This document shows, piece after piece, positions 40,404 through 54,339 of a stretch of DNA of 64,000 nucleotides. The notes beneath the pieces were generated by a model. The model saw only the letters and a program-made list of their open reading frames with translations. It made no database searches and was not told where the DNA came from. The position numbers and the translations under genes are program-made. The stretch spans positions 8,649,778 through 8,713,777 of the forward strand of contig CM082597.2 in assembly GCA_040954595.2 (NCBI GenBank), read 5' to 3'. Source of the DNA: Balanoglossus misakiensis (Eukaryota > Animalia > Hemichordata). Position 1 is the stretch's first letter. Every line of letters starts with the position of its first letter.

Positions 40404-40501
40404 GTTCATTGGTATTATCATCGCCGGAGGGAGTCTAATCAATATCTACAACAACGCCGCACCAGATAACAATATCAAAACCAGAGGGATGCTGTCAATA
40501 G
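40404..40501 (+). other. Putative 98-nt exon D
   Basis: ttcattcttttttttcaatAG acceptor and AG|GTTAGG donor. Reads FIGIIIAGGSLINIYNNAAPDNNIKTRGMLSI. Confidence 0.4.
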
Positions 40502-40680
40502 GTTAGGCTAATAAAAATGGTTTAATCTGAGGGAATGGTAAAGGGTTGGTGTATGAATATGTTAGGGTAATAAAAAATGGTATAATCTAACGGAATGGTG
40601 AAGGGTTGGTGTATAAACAGGTTAGGCTAATAAAAATGGTATAATCTAATGAAATGGTGAAGGGTTGGTGTATGATGACT
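40502..40680. repeat. Tandem repeat of about 60 bp, three copies, decaying into C-poor low-complexity DNA up to about 41060
   Basis: GTTAGGCTAATAAAAATGGT...GGAATGGTGAAGGGTTGGTGTAT at 40502, 40561 and 40621. Confidence 0.8.
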
Positions 40681-41110
40681 AATAAGACATTGTGCACAAG
40701 GGTACTATAATAAAACTGTCTGCAAGGGTATAATATTATGGTTTCAAGGGTATGATAAGTAATTAAAATACTATAAAAACATGAGTAATGCCACGTGGTA
40801 AATAAAAACTGTACATGTACAGAGGGTAAATACCGGTATAATATATAAAGGTGTTAACATCAATGGTGTAATAATAAAAAAAATGGGTAACACATGGTTT
40901 TGGTGGTATAATAATAATAAAATGGTATTAACTTGATGGTATAAACATTATGGGATGTGTATAAACGGTGTTAATATTACAAAGGTATAATGATTAGTTG
41001 GGGTGTAATAATAAGAAATTTAAAATCATTGGGTAATTTATTAGTGTCAGGTTGGGTAAAATAATTGTTGCTATGCATTCGTGTAATAATTGTCTGCGGA
41101 TTTTTTGCAG

Positions 41111-41294
41111 CGTTACCCGCGTTCGCGTTCTTCATTGCAGGTCGCTCGTCATGTAATGGAATTTCGCCGTGTGCCCGTTTGATTCGCCGATGGATTTTTT
41201 ACAACGTTACCCGCGTTCGCGTTCTTCATCGCAGTTGGATCGTCGTGTAATGGAATTTCGCCGTGTGCCCGTTTGATTCGCCGATGGATTTTTT
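41111..41294. repeat. CpG-rich direct duplication of about 94 bp
   Basis: CGTTACCCGCGTTCGCGTTCTTCAT...GATTCGCCGATGGATTTTTT occurs twice. Confidence 0.85.
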
Positions 41295-42237
41295 GCTTTC
41301 GTCATCGTAATTCCCGCATCAACACGAATCCTCAATCTCGCGTAACAACAATACATCAAAATGTACACAGAAAAATAGGAGTCGGCAAGACAATTCTGGT
41401 TAGTTTGAGCCCCAACCTTTTAAAATTCACAACGGGGGAGGAGGCAGTTTTTCCTCATTTTATATTTGGCTCGAGGTTTTTAACTGTCCCCAGGCGCGTA
41501 AAGTTAGTTAGTTTATCACACAGTATGTAATTATCTTGCTTGATTTAAAAAAACACTAAAATTGTATGGGGGAGCTTCTTGCGATTTGCACTTAAGAAAC
41601 TGATGGTTTGTACCCATAGATAATATTTAGTATTAAGCACATAATTGCCTGGAAATAAAAATTAACTCAAGGGTAGAATGCAACAGTTAATTTTGTGCAA
41701 TATCAACAGGAGCTATTTTGGCACCTTATTTCAGTTTGATAAACACTGTTTTTGCTCATTGTTTCATTTCGACCACATTATTTCAGTTTGATAAACACTG
41801 TTTTTGCTTATTGTTTCATTTCAACCACTTTTGTCACCTTGTTTTAAATTGAATGCAAGCATTGTTTCTGTTTGACCACTACTTGGGGTAATTGTTCCAA
41901 ATTGGTATGCAAGATATTTTACATCAGCAGTTAGTCATCTAGCCACACTTTAGCTGCACAGCATATGAAAAATAATGAAATTCATGCAAAAAGCAAAAAA
42001 GTATTATGGGTATAATGCCATTGCAGCATTGGCGGTTCGACTCCGTCGATACTTACTTTGAAGCATAAGTCTTCATTATTTTTCATATGTAATAAATAAA
42101 ACTCTTCCAAATTCATATCTTTGTTTTAAGTTTGTGCTTTTGCTTCAGTTAGGGGGCCCACATTTACCAAACCTGTCTTGCCATCTTTTCACATTTCTTC
42201 AAATATGCAGCGCCAGCGGTAGGCAGTATTTGATCAA

Positions 42238-45200
42238 ATTGACCCACAAATCACTCAAAATTAATAGGCAGGATACTGTCCACTCTGGCCTGGTTACTGT
42301 CTGGCCTGCTTAATGTTGACGCAAAGGTTGACCCCACCAAACACTCAAAATTAATAGGCAGCATACTGGCCACTCTGGCCTAGTTAATGTTGACGCAAAG
42401 GTTGACCCCACCAAACACTCAAAATTAATGGGCACGATACTGGCCACTCTGGCCTAGTTAATGTTGACGCAAAGGTTGACCCCACCAAACACTCAAAATC
42501 AATGGGCAGCATACTGTCCACTATGGCCTGGTTACTGTGTGCTCTGGTTAATGTTGACGCAAAGGTTGACCCCACCAAACACTCAAAATTAATGGGCAGC
42601 ACACTGTCCACTACGGCCTGGTTACTGTGTGCTCTGGTTAATGTTGATGCAAAGGTTGACCCCACCAAACACTCAAAATTAATGGGCAGAACACTGTCCA
42701 CTATGGCCTGGTTACTGTGTGCTCTGGTTAATGTTGATGCAAAGGTTGACCCCACCAAACACTCAAAATTAATGGGCAGGATACTGGCCACTCTGGCCTA
42801 GTTAATGTTGACGCAAAGGTTGACCCCCACCAAACACTCAAAATTAATGGGCACGATACTGGCCACTCTGGCCTAGTTAATGTTGACGCAAAGGTTGACC
42901 CCACCAAACGCTCAAAATTAATGGGCAGCACACTGTCCACTACGGCCTGGTTACTGTGTGCTCTGGTTAATGTTGATGCAAAGGTTGACCCCACCAAACA
43001 CTCAAAATTAATGGGCAGAACACTGTCCACTATGGCCTGGTTACTGTGTGCTCTGGTTAATGTTGATGCAAAGGTTGACCCCACCAAACACTCAAAATTA
43101 ATGGGCAGGATACTGGCCACTCTGGCCTAGTTAATGTTGACGCAAAGGTTGACCCCCACCAAACACTCAAAATTAATGGGCACGATACTGGCCACTCTGG
43201 CCTAGTTAATGTTGACGCAAAGGTTGACCCCCACCAAACACTCAAAATTAATGGGCACGATACTGGCCACTCTGGCCTAGTTAATGTTGACGCAAAGGTT
43301 GACCCCACCAAACACTCAAAATTAATGGGCAGCACACTGTCCACTACGGACTGGTTACTGTGTGCTCTGGTTAATGTTGACGCAAAGGTTGACCCCACCA
43401 AACACTCAAAATTAATGGGCAGAACACTGTCCACTATGGCCTGGTTACTGTGTGCTCTGGTTAATGTTGACGCAAAGGTTGACCCCACCAAACACTCAAA
43501 ATTAATGGGCAGAACACTGTCCACTACGGCCTGGTTATTGTGTGCTCTGGTTAATGTTGACGCAAAGGTTGACGCCACCAAACACTCAAAATCAATGGGC
43601 AGCATACTGTCCACTATGGCCTGGTTACTGTGTGCTCTGGTTAATGTTGACGCAAAGGTTGACCCCACCAAACACTCAAAATTAATGGGCAGCACACTGT
43701 CCACTATGGCCTGGTTACTGTGTGCTCTGGTTAATGTTGACGCAAAGGTTGACCCCACCAAACACTCAAAATTAATTGGCAGAACACTGTCCACTACGGC
43801 CTGGTTACTGTGTGCTCTGGTTAATGTTGACGCAAAGGTTGACCCCACCAAACACTCAAAATTAATGGGCAGAACACTGTCCACTATGGCCTGGTTACTG
43901 TGTGCTCTGGTTAATGTTGACGCAAAGGTTGACCCCACCAAACACTCAAAATTAATGGGCAGAACACTGTCCACTACGGCCTGGTTACTGTGTGCTCTGG
44001 TTAATGTTGACGCAAAGGTTGACCCCACCAAACACTCAAAATTAATGGGCAGAACACTGTCCACTACGGCCTGGTTACTGTGTGCTCTGGTTAATGTTGA
44101 CGCAAAGGTTGACCCCACCAAACACTCAAAATTAATGGGCAGAACACTGTCCACTATGGCCTGGTTACTGTGTGCTCTGGTTAATGTTGACGCAAAGGTT
44201 GACCCCACCAAACACTCAAAATTAATGGGCAGCACACTGTCCACTATGGCCTGGTTACTGTGTGCTCTGGTTAATGTTGACGCAAAGGTTGACCCCACCA
44301 AACACTCAAAATTAATGGGCAGAACACTGTCCACTACGGCCTGGTTACTGTGTGCTCTGGTTAATGTTGACGCAAAGGTTGACCCCCACCAAACACTCAA
44401 AATTAATGGGCACGATACTGGCCACTCTGGCCTAGTTAATGTTGACGCAAAGGTTGACCCCACCAAACACTCAAAATTAATGGGCACGATACTGGCCACT
44501 CTGGCCTAGTTAATGTTGACGCAAAGGTTGACCCCACCAAACACTCAAAATTAATGGGCAGCATACTGTCCACTATGGCCTGGTTACTGTGTGCTCTGGT
44601 TAATGTTGACGCAAAGGTTGACCCCACCAAACACTCAAAATTAATGGGCACGATACTGGCCACTCTGGCCTAGTTAATGTTGACGCAAAGGTTGACCCCA
44701 CCAAACACTCAAAATTAATGGGCACGATACTGGCCACTCTGGCCTAGTTAATGTTGACGCAAAGGTTGACCCCACCAAACACTTAAAATTAATGGGCAGA
44801 ACACTGTCCACTACGGCCTGGTTACTGTGTGCTCTGGTTAATGTTGACGCAAAGGTTGACCCCACCAAACACTCAAAATTAATGGGCAGAACACTGTCCA
44901 CTATGGCCTGGTTATTGTGTGCTCTGGTTAATGTTGACGCAACGGTTGACCCCACCAAACACTCAAAATTAATGGGCAGAACACTGTCCACTACGGCCTG
45001 GTTACTGTGTGCTCTGATTAATGTTGACGCAAAGGTTGACCCCACCAAACACTCAAAATTAATGGGCAGAACACTGTCCACTACGGCCTGGTTATTGTGT
45101 GCTCTGGTTAATGTTGACGCAAAGGTTGACGCCACCAAACACTCAAAATCAATGGGCAGCATACTGTCCACTATGGCCTGGTTACTGTGTGCTCTGGTTA

Positions 45201-48200
45201 ATGTTGACGCAAAGGTTGACCCCACCAAACACTCAAAATTAATGGGCAGCACACTGTCCACTATGGCCTGGTTACTGTGTGCTCTGGTTAATGTTGACGC
45301 AAAGGTTGACCCCACCAAACACTCAAAATTAATGGGCAGAACACTGTCCACTACGGCCTGGTTACTGTGTGCTCTGGTTAATGTTGACGCAAAGGTTGAC
45401 CCCACCAAACACTCAAAATTAATGGGCAGAACACTGTCCACTACGGCCTGGTTACTGTGTGCTCTGGTTAATGTTGACGCAAAGGTTGACCCCACCAAAC
45501 ACTCAAAATTAATGGGCAGAACACTGTCCACTACGGCCTGGTTACTGTGTGCTCTGGTTAATGTTGACGCAAAGGTTGACCCCACCAAACACTCAAAATT
45601 AATGGGCAGAACACTGTCCACTACGGCCTGGTTACTGTGTGCTCTGGTTAATGTTGACGCAAAGGTTGACCCCACCAAACACTCAAAATTAATGGGCAGA
45701 ACACTGTCCACTATGGCCTGGTTACTGTGTGCTCTGGTTAATGTTGACGCAAAGGTTGACCCCACCAAACACTCAAAATTAATGGGCAGCACACTGTCCA
45801 CTATGGCCTGGTTACTGTGTGCTCTGGTTAATGTTGACGCAAAGGTTGACCCCACCAAACACTCAAAATTAATGGGCAGAACACTGTCCACTACGGCCTG
45901 GTTACTGTGTGCTCTGGTTAATGTTGACGCAAAGGTTGACCCCCACCAAACACTCAAAATTAATGGGCACGATACTGGCCACTCTGGCCTAGTTAATGTT
46001 GACGCAAAGGTTGTTCCCACCAAACACTCAAAATTAATGGGCACGATACTGGCCACTCTGGCCTAGTTAATGTTGACGCAAAGGTTGACCCCACCAAACA
46101 CTCAAAATTAATGGGCAGCATACTGTCCACTATGGCCTGGTTACTGTGTGCTCTGGTTAATGTTGACGCAAAGGTTGACCCCACCAAACACTCAAAATTA
46201 ATGGGCACGATACTGGCCACTCTGGCCTAGTTAATGTTGACGCAAAGGTTGACCCCACCAAACACTCAAAATTAATGGGCACGATACTGGCCACTCTGGC
46301 CTAGTTAATGTTGACGCAAAGGTTGACCCCACCAAACACTCAAAATTAATGGGCAGAACACTGTCCACTACGGCCTGGTTACTGTGTGCTCTGGTTAATG
46401 TTGACGCAAAGGTTGACCCCACCAAACACTCAAAATTAATGGGCAGAACACTGTCCACTATGGCCTGGTTACTGTGTGCTCTGGTTAATGTTGACGCAAC
46501 GGTTGACCCCACCAAACACTCAAAATTAATGGGCAGAACACTGTCCACTACGGCCTGGTTACTGTGTGCTCTGATTAATGTTGACGCAAAGGTTGACCCC
46601 ACCAAACACTCAAAATTAATGGGCAGAACACTGTCCACTATGGCCTGGTTACTGTGTGCTCTGGTTAATGTTGACGCAACGGTTGACCCCACCAAACACT
46701 CAAAATTAATGGGCAGAACACTGTCCACTACGGCCTGGTTACTGTGTGCTCTGATTAATGTTGACGCAAAGGTTGACCCCACCAAACACTCAAAATTAAT
46801 GGGCAGAACACTGTCCACTATGGCCTGGTTACTCTGTGCTCTGGTTAATGTTGACGCAAAGGTTGACCCCACCAAACACTCAAAATTAATGGGCAGCACA
46901 CTGTCCACTATGGCCTGGTTACTGTGTGCTCTGGTTAATGTTGACGCAAAGGTTGACCCCACCAAACACTCAAAATTAATGGGCAGAACACTGTCCACTA
47001 CGGCCTGGTTACTGTGTGCTCTGGTTAATGTTGACGCAAAGGTTGACCCCACCAAACACTCAAAATTAATGGGCAGAACACTGTCCACTATGGCCTGGTT
47101 ACTGTGTGCTCTGGTTAATGTTGACGCAAAGGTTGACCCCACCAAACACTCAAAATTAATGGGCAGAACACTGTCCACTACGGCCTGGTTACTGTTTGCT
47201 CTGGTTAATGTTGACGCAAAGGTTGACCCCACCAAACACTCAAAATTAATGGGCAGAACACTGTCCACTACGGCCTGGTTACTGTGTGCTCTGGTTAATG
47301 TTGACGCAAAGGTTGACCCCACCAAACACTCAACATTAATGGGCAGAACACTGTCCACTATGGCCTGGTTACTGTGTGCTCTGGTTAATGTTGACGCAAA
47401 GGTTGACCCCACCAAACACTGAAAATTAATGGGCAGAACACTGTCCACTACGGCCTGGTTACTGTGTGCTCTGGTTAATGTTGACGCAAAGGTTGACCCC
47501 ACCAAACACTCAAAATTAATGGGCAGAACACTGTCCACTACGGCCTGGTTACTGTGTGCTCTGGTTAATGTTGACGCAAAGGTTGACCCCACCAAACACT
47601 CAAAATTAATGGGCAGAACACTGTCCACTATGGCCTGGTTACTGTGTGCTCTGGTTAATGTTGACGCAAAGGTTGACCCCACCAAACACTCAAAATTAAT
47701 GGGCAGCACACTGTCCACTATGGCCTGGTTACTGTGTGCTGTGGTTAATGTTGACGCAAAGGTTGACCCCACCAAACACTCAAAATTAATGGGCAGAACA
47801 CTGTCCACTACGGCCTGGTTACTGTGTGCTCTGGTTAATGTTGACGCAAAGGTTGACCCCAACTAAACGCTCAAAATTAATGGGCACGATACTGGCCACT
47901 CTGGCCTAGTTAATGTTGACGCAAAGGTTGACCCCACCAAACACTCAAAATTAATGGGCACGATACTGGCCACTCTGGCCTAGTTAATGTTGACGCAATG
48001 GTTGACCCCACCAAACACTCAAAATTAATGGGCACGATACTGGCCACTCTGGCCTAGTTAATGTTGACGCAAAGGTTGACCCCACCAAACACTCAAAATT
48101 AATGGGCACGATACTGGCCACTCTGGCCTAGTTAATGTTGACGCAAAGGTTGACCCCACCAAACCCTCAAAATTAATGGGCAGAACACTGTCCACTATGG

Positions 48201-51200
48201 CCTGGTTACTGTGTGCTCTGGTTAATGTTGACGCAAAGGTTGACCCCACCAAACACTCAAAATTAATGGGCAGAACACTGTCCACTACGGCCTGGTTAAT
48301 GTGTGCTCTGGTTAATGTTGACGCAAAGGTTGACCCCACCAAACACTCAAAATTAATGGGCACGATACTGGCCACTCTGGCCTAGTTAATGTTGACGCAA
48401 TGGTTGACCCCACCAAACACTCAAAATTAATGGGCACGATACTGGCCACTCTGGCCTAGTTAATGTTGACGCAAAGGTTGACCCCACCAAACACTCAAAA
48501 TTAATGGGCACGATACTGGCCACTCTGGCCTAGTTAATGTTGACGCAAAGGTTGACCCCACCAAACCCTCAAAATTAATGGGCAGAACACTGTCCACTAT
48601 GGCCTGGTTACTGTGTGCTGTGGTTAATGTTGACGCAAAGGTTGACCCCACCAAACACTCAAAATTAATGGGCAGAACACTGTCCACTACGGCCTGGTTA
48701 CTGTGTGCTCTGGTTAATGTTGACGCAAAGGTTGACCCCAACTAAACACTCAAAATTAATGGGCACGATACTGGCCACTCTGGCCTAGTTAATGTTGACG
48801 CAAAGGTTGACCCCACCAAACACTCAAAATTAATGGGCACGATACTGGCCACTCTGGCCTAGTTAATGTTGACGCAATGGTTGACCCCACCAAACACTCA
48901 AAATTAATGGGCACGATACTGGCCACTCTGGCCTAGTTAATGTTGACGCAAAGGTTGACCCCACCAAACACTCAAAATTAATGGGCACGATACTGGCCAC
49001 TCTGGCCTAGTTAATGTTGACGCAAAGGTTGACCCCACCAAACCCTCAAAATTAATGGGCAGAACACTGTCCACTATGGCCTGGTTACTGTGTGCTCTGG
49101 TTAATGTTGACGCAAAGGTTGACCCCACCAAACACTCAAAATTAATGGGCAGAACACTGTCCACTACGGCCTGGTTAATGTGTGCTCTGGTTAATGTTGA
49201 CGCAAAGGTTGACCCCACCAAACACTCAAAATTAATGGGCACGATACTGGCCACTCTGGCCTAGTTAATGTTGACGCAATGGTTGACCCCACCAAACACT
49301 CAAAATTAATGGGCACGATACTGGCCACTCTGGCCTAGTTAATGTTGACGCAAAGGTTGACCCCACCAAACACTCAAAATTAATGGGCACGATACTGGCC
49401 ACTCTGGCCTAGTTAATGTTGACGCAAAGGTTGACCCCACCAAACCCTCAAAATTAATGGGCAGAACACTGTCCACTATGGCCTGGTTACTGTGTGCTCT
49501 GGTTAATGTTGACGCAAAGGTTGACCCCACCAAACACTCAAAATTAATGGGCAGAACACTGTCCACTACGGCCTGGTTACTGTGTGCTCTGGTTAATGTT
49601 GACGCAAAGGTTGACCCCACCAAACACTCAAAATTAATGGGCAGAACACTGTCCACTACGGCCTGGTTACTGTGTGCTCTGGTTAATGTTGACGCAAAGG
49701 TTGACCCCACCAAACACTCAAAATTAATGGGCAGCACACTGTCCACTACGGCCTGGTTACTGTGTGCTCTGGTTAATGTTGACGCAAAGGTTGACCCCAC
49801 CAAGCACTCAAAATTAATGGGCAGAACACTGTCCACTACGGCCTGGTTACTGTGTGCTCTGGTTAATGTTGACGCAAAGGTTGACCCCCATCAAACACTC
49901 AAAATTAATGGGCACGATACTGGCCACTCTGGCCTGGTTACTGTGTGCTCTGGTTAATGTTGACGCAAAGGTTGACCCCACCAAACACTCAAAATTAATG
50001 GGCAGAACACTGTCCACTACGGCCTGGTTACTGTGTGCTCTGGTTAATGTTGACGCAAAGGTTGACCCCCATCAAACACTCAAAATTAATGGGCACGATA
50101 CTGGCCACTCTGGCCTGGTTACTGTGTGCTCTGGTTAATGTTGACGCAAAGGTTGACCCCACCAAACACTCAAAATTAATGGGCAGAACACTGTCCACTA
50201 CGGCCTGGTTACTGTGTGCTCTGGTTAATGTTGACGCAAAGGTTGACCCCACCAAACACTCAAAATTAATGGGCAGAACACTGTCCACTACGGCCTGGTT
50301 ACTGTGTGCTCTGGTTAATGTTGACGCAAAGGTTGACCCCACCAAACACTCAAAATTAATGGGCAGAACACTGTCCACTACGGCCTGGTTACTGTGTGCT
50401 CTGGTTAATGTTGACGCAAAGGTTGACCCCACCAAACACTCAAAATTAATGGGCAGAACACTGTCCACTACGGCCTGGTTACTGTGTGCTCTGGTTAATG
50501 TTGACGCAAAGGTTGACCCCACCAAACACTCAAAATTAATGGGCAGAACACTGTCCACTACGGCCTGGTTACTGTGTGCTCTGGTTAATGTTGACGCAAA
50601 GGTTGACCCCACCAAACACTCAAAATTAATGGGCAGAACACTGTCCACTACGGCCTGGTTACTGTGTGCTCTGGTTAATGTTGACGCAAAGGTTGACCCC
50701 AACTAAACACTCAAAATTAATGGGCACGATACTGGCCACTCTGGCCTAGTTAATGTTGACGCAAAGGTTGACCCCACCAAACACTCAAAATTAATGGGCA
50801 CGATACTGGCCACTCTGGCCTAGTTAATGTTGACACAATGGTTGACCCCACCAAACACTCAAAATTAATGGGCACGATACTGGCCACTCTGGCCTAGTTA
50901 ATGTTGACGCAAAGGTTGACCCCACCAAACACTCAAAATTAATGGGCACGATACTGGCCACTCTGGCCTAGTTAATGTTGACGCAAAGGTTGACCCCACC
51001 AAACCCTCAAAATTAATGGGCAGAACACTGTCCACTATGGCCTGGTTACTGTGTGCTCTGGTTAATGTTGACGCAAAGGTTGACCCCACCAAACACTCAA
51101 AATTAATGGGCAGAACACTGTCCACTACGGCCTGGTTAATGTGTGCTCTGGTTAATGTTGACGCAAAGGTTGACCCCACCAAACACTCAAAATTAATGGG

Positions 51201-54021
51201 CACGATACTGGCCACTCTGGCCTAGTTAATGTTGACGCAATGGTTGACCCCACCAAACACTCAAAATTAATGGGCACGATACTGGCCACTCTGGCCTAGT
51301 TAATGTTGACGCAAAGGTTGACCCCACCAAACACTCAAAATTAATGGGCACGATACTGGCCACTCTGGCCTAGTTAATGTTGACGCAAAGGTTGACCCCA
51401 CCAAACCCTCAAAATTAATGGGCAGAACACTGTCCACTATGGCCTGGTTACTGTGTGCTCTGGTTAATGTTGACGCAAAGGTTGACCCCACCAAACACTC
51501 AAAATTAATGGGCAGAACACTGTCCACTACGGCCTGGTTACTGTGTGCTCTGGTTAATGTTGACGCAAAGGTTGACCCCACCAAACACTCAAAATTAATG
51601 GGCAGAACACTGTCCACTACGGCCTGGTTACTGTGTGCTCTGGTTAATGTTGACGCAAAGGTTGACCCCACCAAACACTCAAAATTAATGGGCAGCACAC
51701 TGTCCACTACGGCCTGGTTACTGTGTGCTCTGGTTAATGTTGACGCAAAGGTTGACCCCACCAAGCACTCAAAATTAATGGGCAGAACACTGTCCACTAC
51801 GGCCTGGTTACTGTGTGCTCTGGTTAATGTTGACGCAAAGGTTGACCCCCATCAAACACTCAAAATTAATGGGCACGATACTGGCCACTCTGGCCTGGTT
51901 ACTGTGTGCTCTGGTTAATGTTGACGCAAAGGTTGACCCCACCAAACACTCAAAATTAATGGGCAGAACACTGTCCACTACGGCCTGGTTACTGTGTGCT
52001 CTGGTTAATGTTGACGCAAAGGTTGACCCCCATCAAACACTCAAAATTAATGGGCACGATACTGGCCACTCTGGCCTGGTTACTGTGTGCTCTGGTTAAT
52101 GTTGACGCAAAGGTTGACCCCACCAAACACTCAAAATTAATGGGCAGAACACTGTCCACTACGGCCTGGTTACTGTGTGCTCTGGTTAATGTTGACGCAA
52201 AGGTTGACCCCACCAAACACTCAAAATTAATGGGCAGAACACTGTCCACTACGGCCTGGTTACTGTGTGCTCTGGTTAATGTTGACGCAAAGGTTGACCC
52301 CACCAAACACTCAAAATTAATGGGCAGAACACTGTCCACTATGGCCTGGTTACTGTGTGCTCTGGTTAATGTTGACGCAAAGGTTGACCCCACCAAACAC
52401 TCAAAATTAATGGGCAGAACACTGTCCACTACGGCCTGGTTACTGTGTGCTCTGGTTAATGTTGACGCAAAGGTTGACCCCACCAAACACTCAAAATTAA
52501 TGGGCAGCACACTGTCCACTATGGCCTGGTTACTGTGTGCTCTGGTTAATGTTGACGCAAAGGTTGACCCCACCAAACACTCAAAATTAATGGGCAGAAC
52601 ACTGTCCACTACGGCCTGGTTACTGTGTGCTCTGGTTAATGTTGACGCAAAGGTTGACCCCACCAAACACTCAAAATTAATGGGCAGAACACTGTCCACT
52701 ATGGCCTGGTTACTGTGTGCTCTGGTTAATGTTGACGCAAAGGTTGACCCCACCAAACACTCAAAATTAATGGGCAGAACACTGTCCACTACGGCCTGGT
52801 TACTGTGTGCTCTGGTTAATGTTGACGCAAAGGTTGACCCCACCAAACACTCAAAATTAATGGGCAGAACACTGTCCACTACGGCCTTGTTACTGTGTGC
52901 TCTGGTTAATGTTGACGCAAAGGTTGACCCCACCAAACACTCAAAATTAATGGGCAGAACACTGTCCACTATGGCCTGGTTACTGTGTGCTCTGGTTAAT
53001 GTTGACGCAAAGGTTGACCCCACCAAACACTCAAAATTAATGGGCAGCACACTGTCCACTATGGCCTGGTTACTGTGTGCTCTGGTTAATGTTGACGCAA
53101 AGGTTGACCCCACCAAACACTCAAAATTAATGGGCAGAACACTGTCCACTACGGCCTGGTTACTGTGTGCTCTGGTTAATGTTGACGCAAAGGTTGACCC
53201 CCACCAAACACTCAAAATTAATGGGCACGATACTGGCCACTCTGGCCTAGTTAATGTTGACGCAAAGGTTGACCCCACCAAACACTCAAAATTAATGGGC
53301 ACGATACTGGCCACTCTGGCCTAGTTAATGTTGACGCAAAGGTTGACCCCACCAAACACTCAAAATTAATGGGCACGATACTGGCCACTCTGGCCTAGTT
53401 AATGTTGACGCAAAGGTTGACCCCACCAAACACTCAAAATTAATGGGCACGATACTGGCCACTCTGGCCTAGTTAATGTTGACGCAAAGGTTGACCCCAC
53501 CAAACACTCAAAATTAATGGGCAGAACACTGTCCACTACGGCCTGGTTACTGTGTGCTCTGGTTAATGTTGACGCAAAGGTTGACCCCACCAAACACTCA
53601 AAATTAATGGGCAGAACACTGTCCACTACGGCCTGGTTACTGTGTGCTCTGGTTAATGTTGACGCAAAGGTTGACCCCACCAAACACTCAAAATTAATGG
53701 GCAGAACACTGTCCACTACGGCCTGGTTACTGTGTGCTCTGGTTAATGTTGACGCAAAGGTTGACCCCACCAAACACTCAAAATTAATGGGCAGCACACT
53801 GTCCACTATGGCCTGGTTACTGTGTGCTCTGGTTAATGTTGACGCAAAGGTTGACCCCACCAAACACTCAAAATTAATGGGCAGAACACTGTCCACTACG
53901 GCCTGGTTACTGTGTGCTCTGGTTAATGTTGACGCAAAGGTTGACCCCCATCAAACACTCAAAATTAATGGGCACGATACTGGCCACTCTGGCCTGGTTA
54001 CAGTGTGCTCTGGTTAATGTT
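42238..54021. repeat. 11.8-kb satellite array of 90-bp (L) and 74/75-bp (S) units with higher-order repeats
   Basis: 52-bp core GTTAATGTTGACGCAAAGGTTGACCCCACCAAACACTCAAAATTAATGGGCA followed by a 38-bp or 22-bp tail; roughly 135-140 units. Confidence 0.98.
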
Positions 54022-54232
54022 AATGGTAGGTTTTGTGGACTAAATGTCAATCTTTGTACTATTCGTACATGAAACTTTTCTTTCAAATACAACTTACAGA
54101 CCAACATAGACAGTCATGCTTATATAAGTATGACTATCTATTAAAGTAACATTCATATCATGATTGTTGTTTTACACTGTGTTTTCAAAGTAATTGTTGC
54201 AGTAAACCAATTGCCTTGCTTGGAAATATTAA

Positions 54233-54339
54233 AAGGGAAGTCCTGTCCAGCTGATTTATGCATAATTTCTACACAATGTTTTTTTCTGAAAGAATGACCT
54301 CAAAGCTACCCAATTATGTAGCTGAACCGGACTTCCCCT
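54233..54339. mobile_element. Small TTAA-flanked MITE; a related partial copy at about 57865-57970 interrupts a Sushi exon
   Basis: TTAA AAGGGAAGTCC...GGACTTCCCCT TTAA. The internal TTTTTCTGAAAG..TGACCTCAAAGCTAC is shared with 57905-57933. Confidence 0.7.

Noticed and set aside
42030-42050. tRNA gene or tRNA-derived SINE (GGTTCGACTCC)
   Set aside because: Only a B-box/T-loop-like motif; no A box or cloverleaf was found.
42238-54021. CRISPR-like array (constant core plus variable spacer)
   Set aside because: The apparent spacers are only two mutually homologous tails, there are no cas genes, and the context is eukaryotic.
42384-54107. Long ORFs on both strands of the satellite (up to 543 aa) as repeat proteins
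   Set aside because: A 90-bp unit is a multiple of 3, and a 30-codon frame is stop-free roughly a quarter of the time, so one or two open frames out of six are expected. The 74- and 91-bp units break the frames repeatedly, and there is no unique N- or C-terminus.
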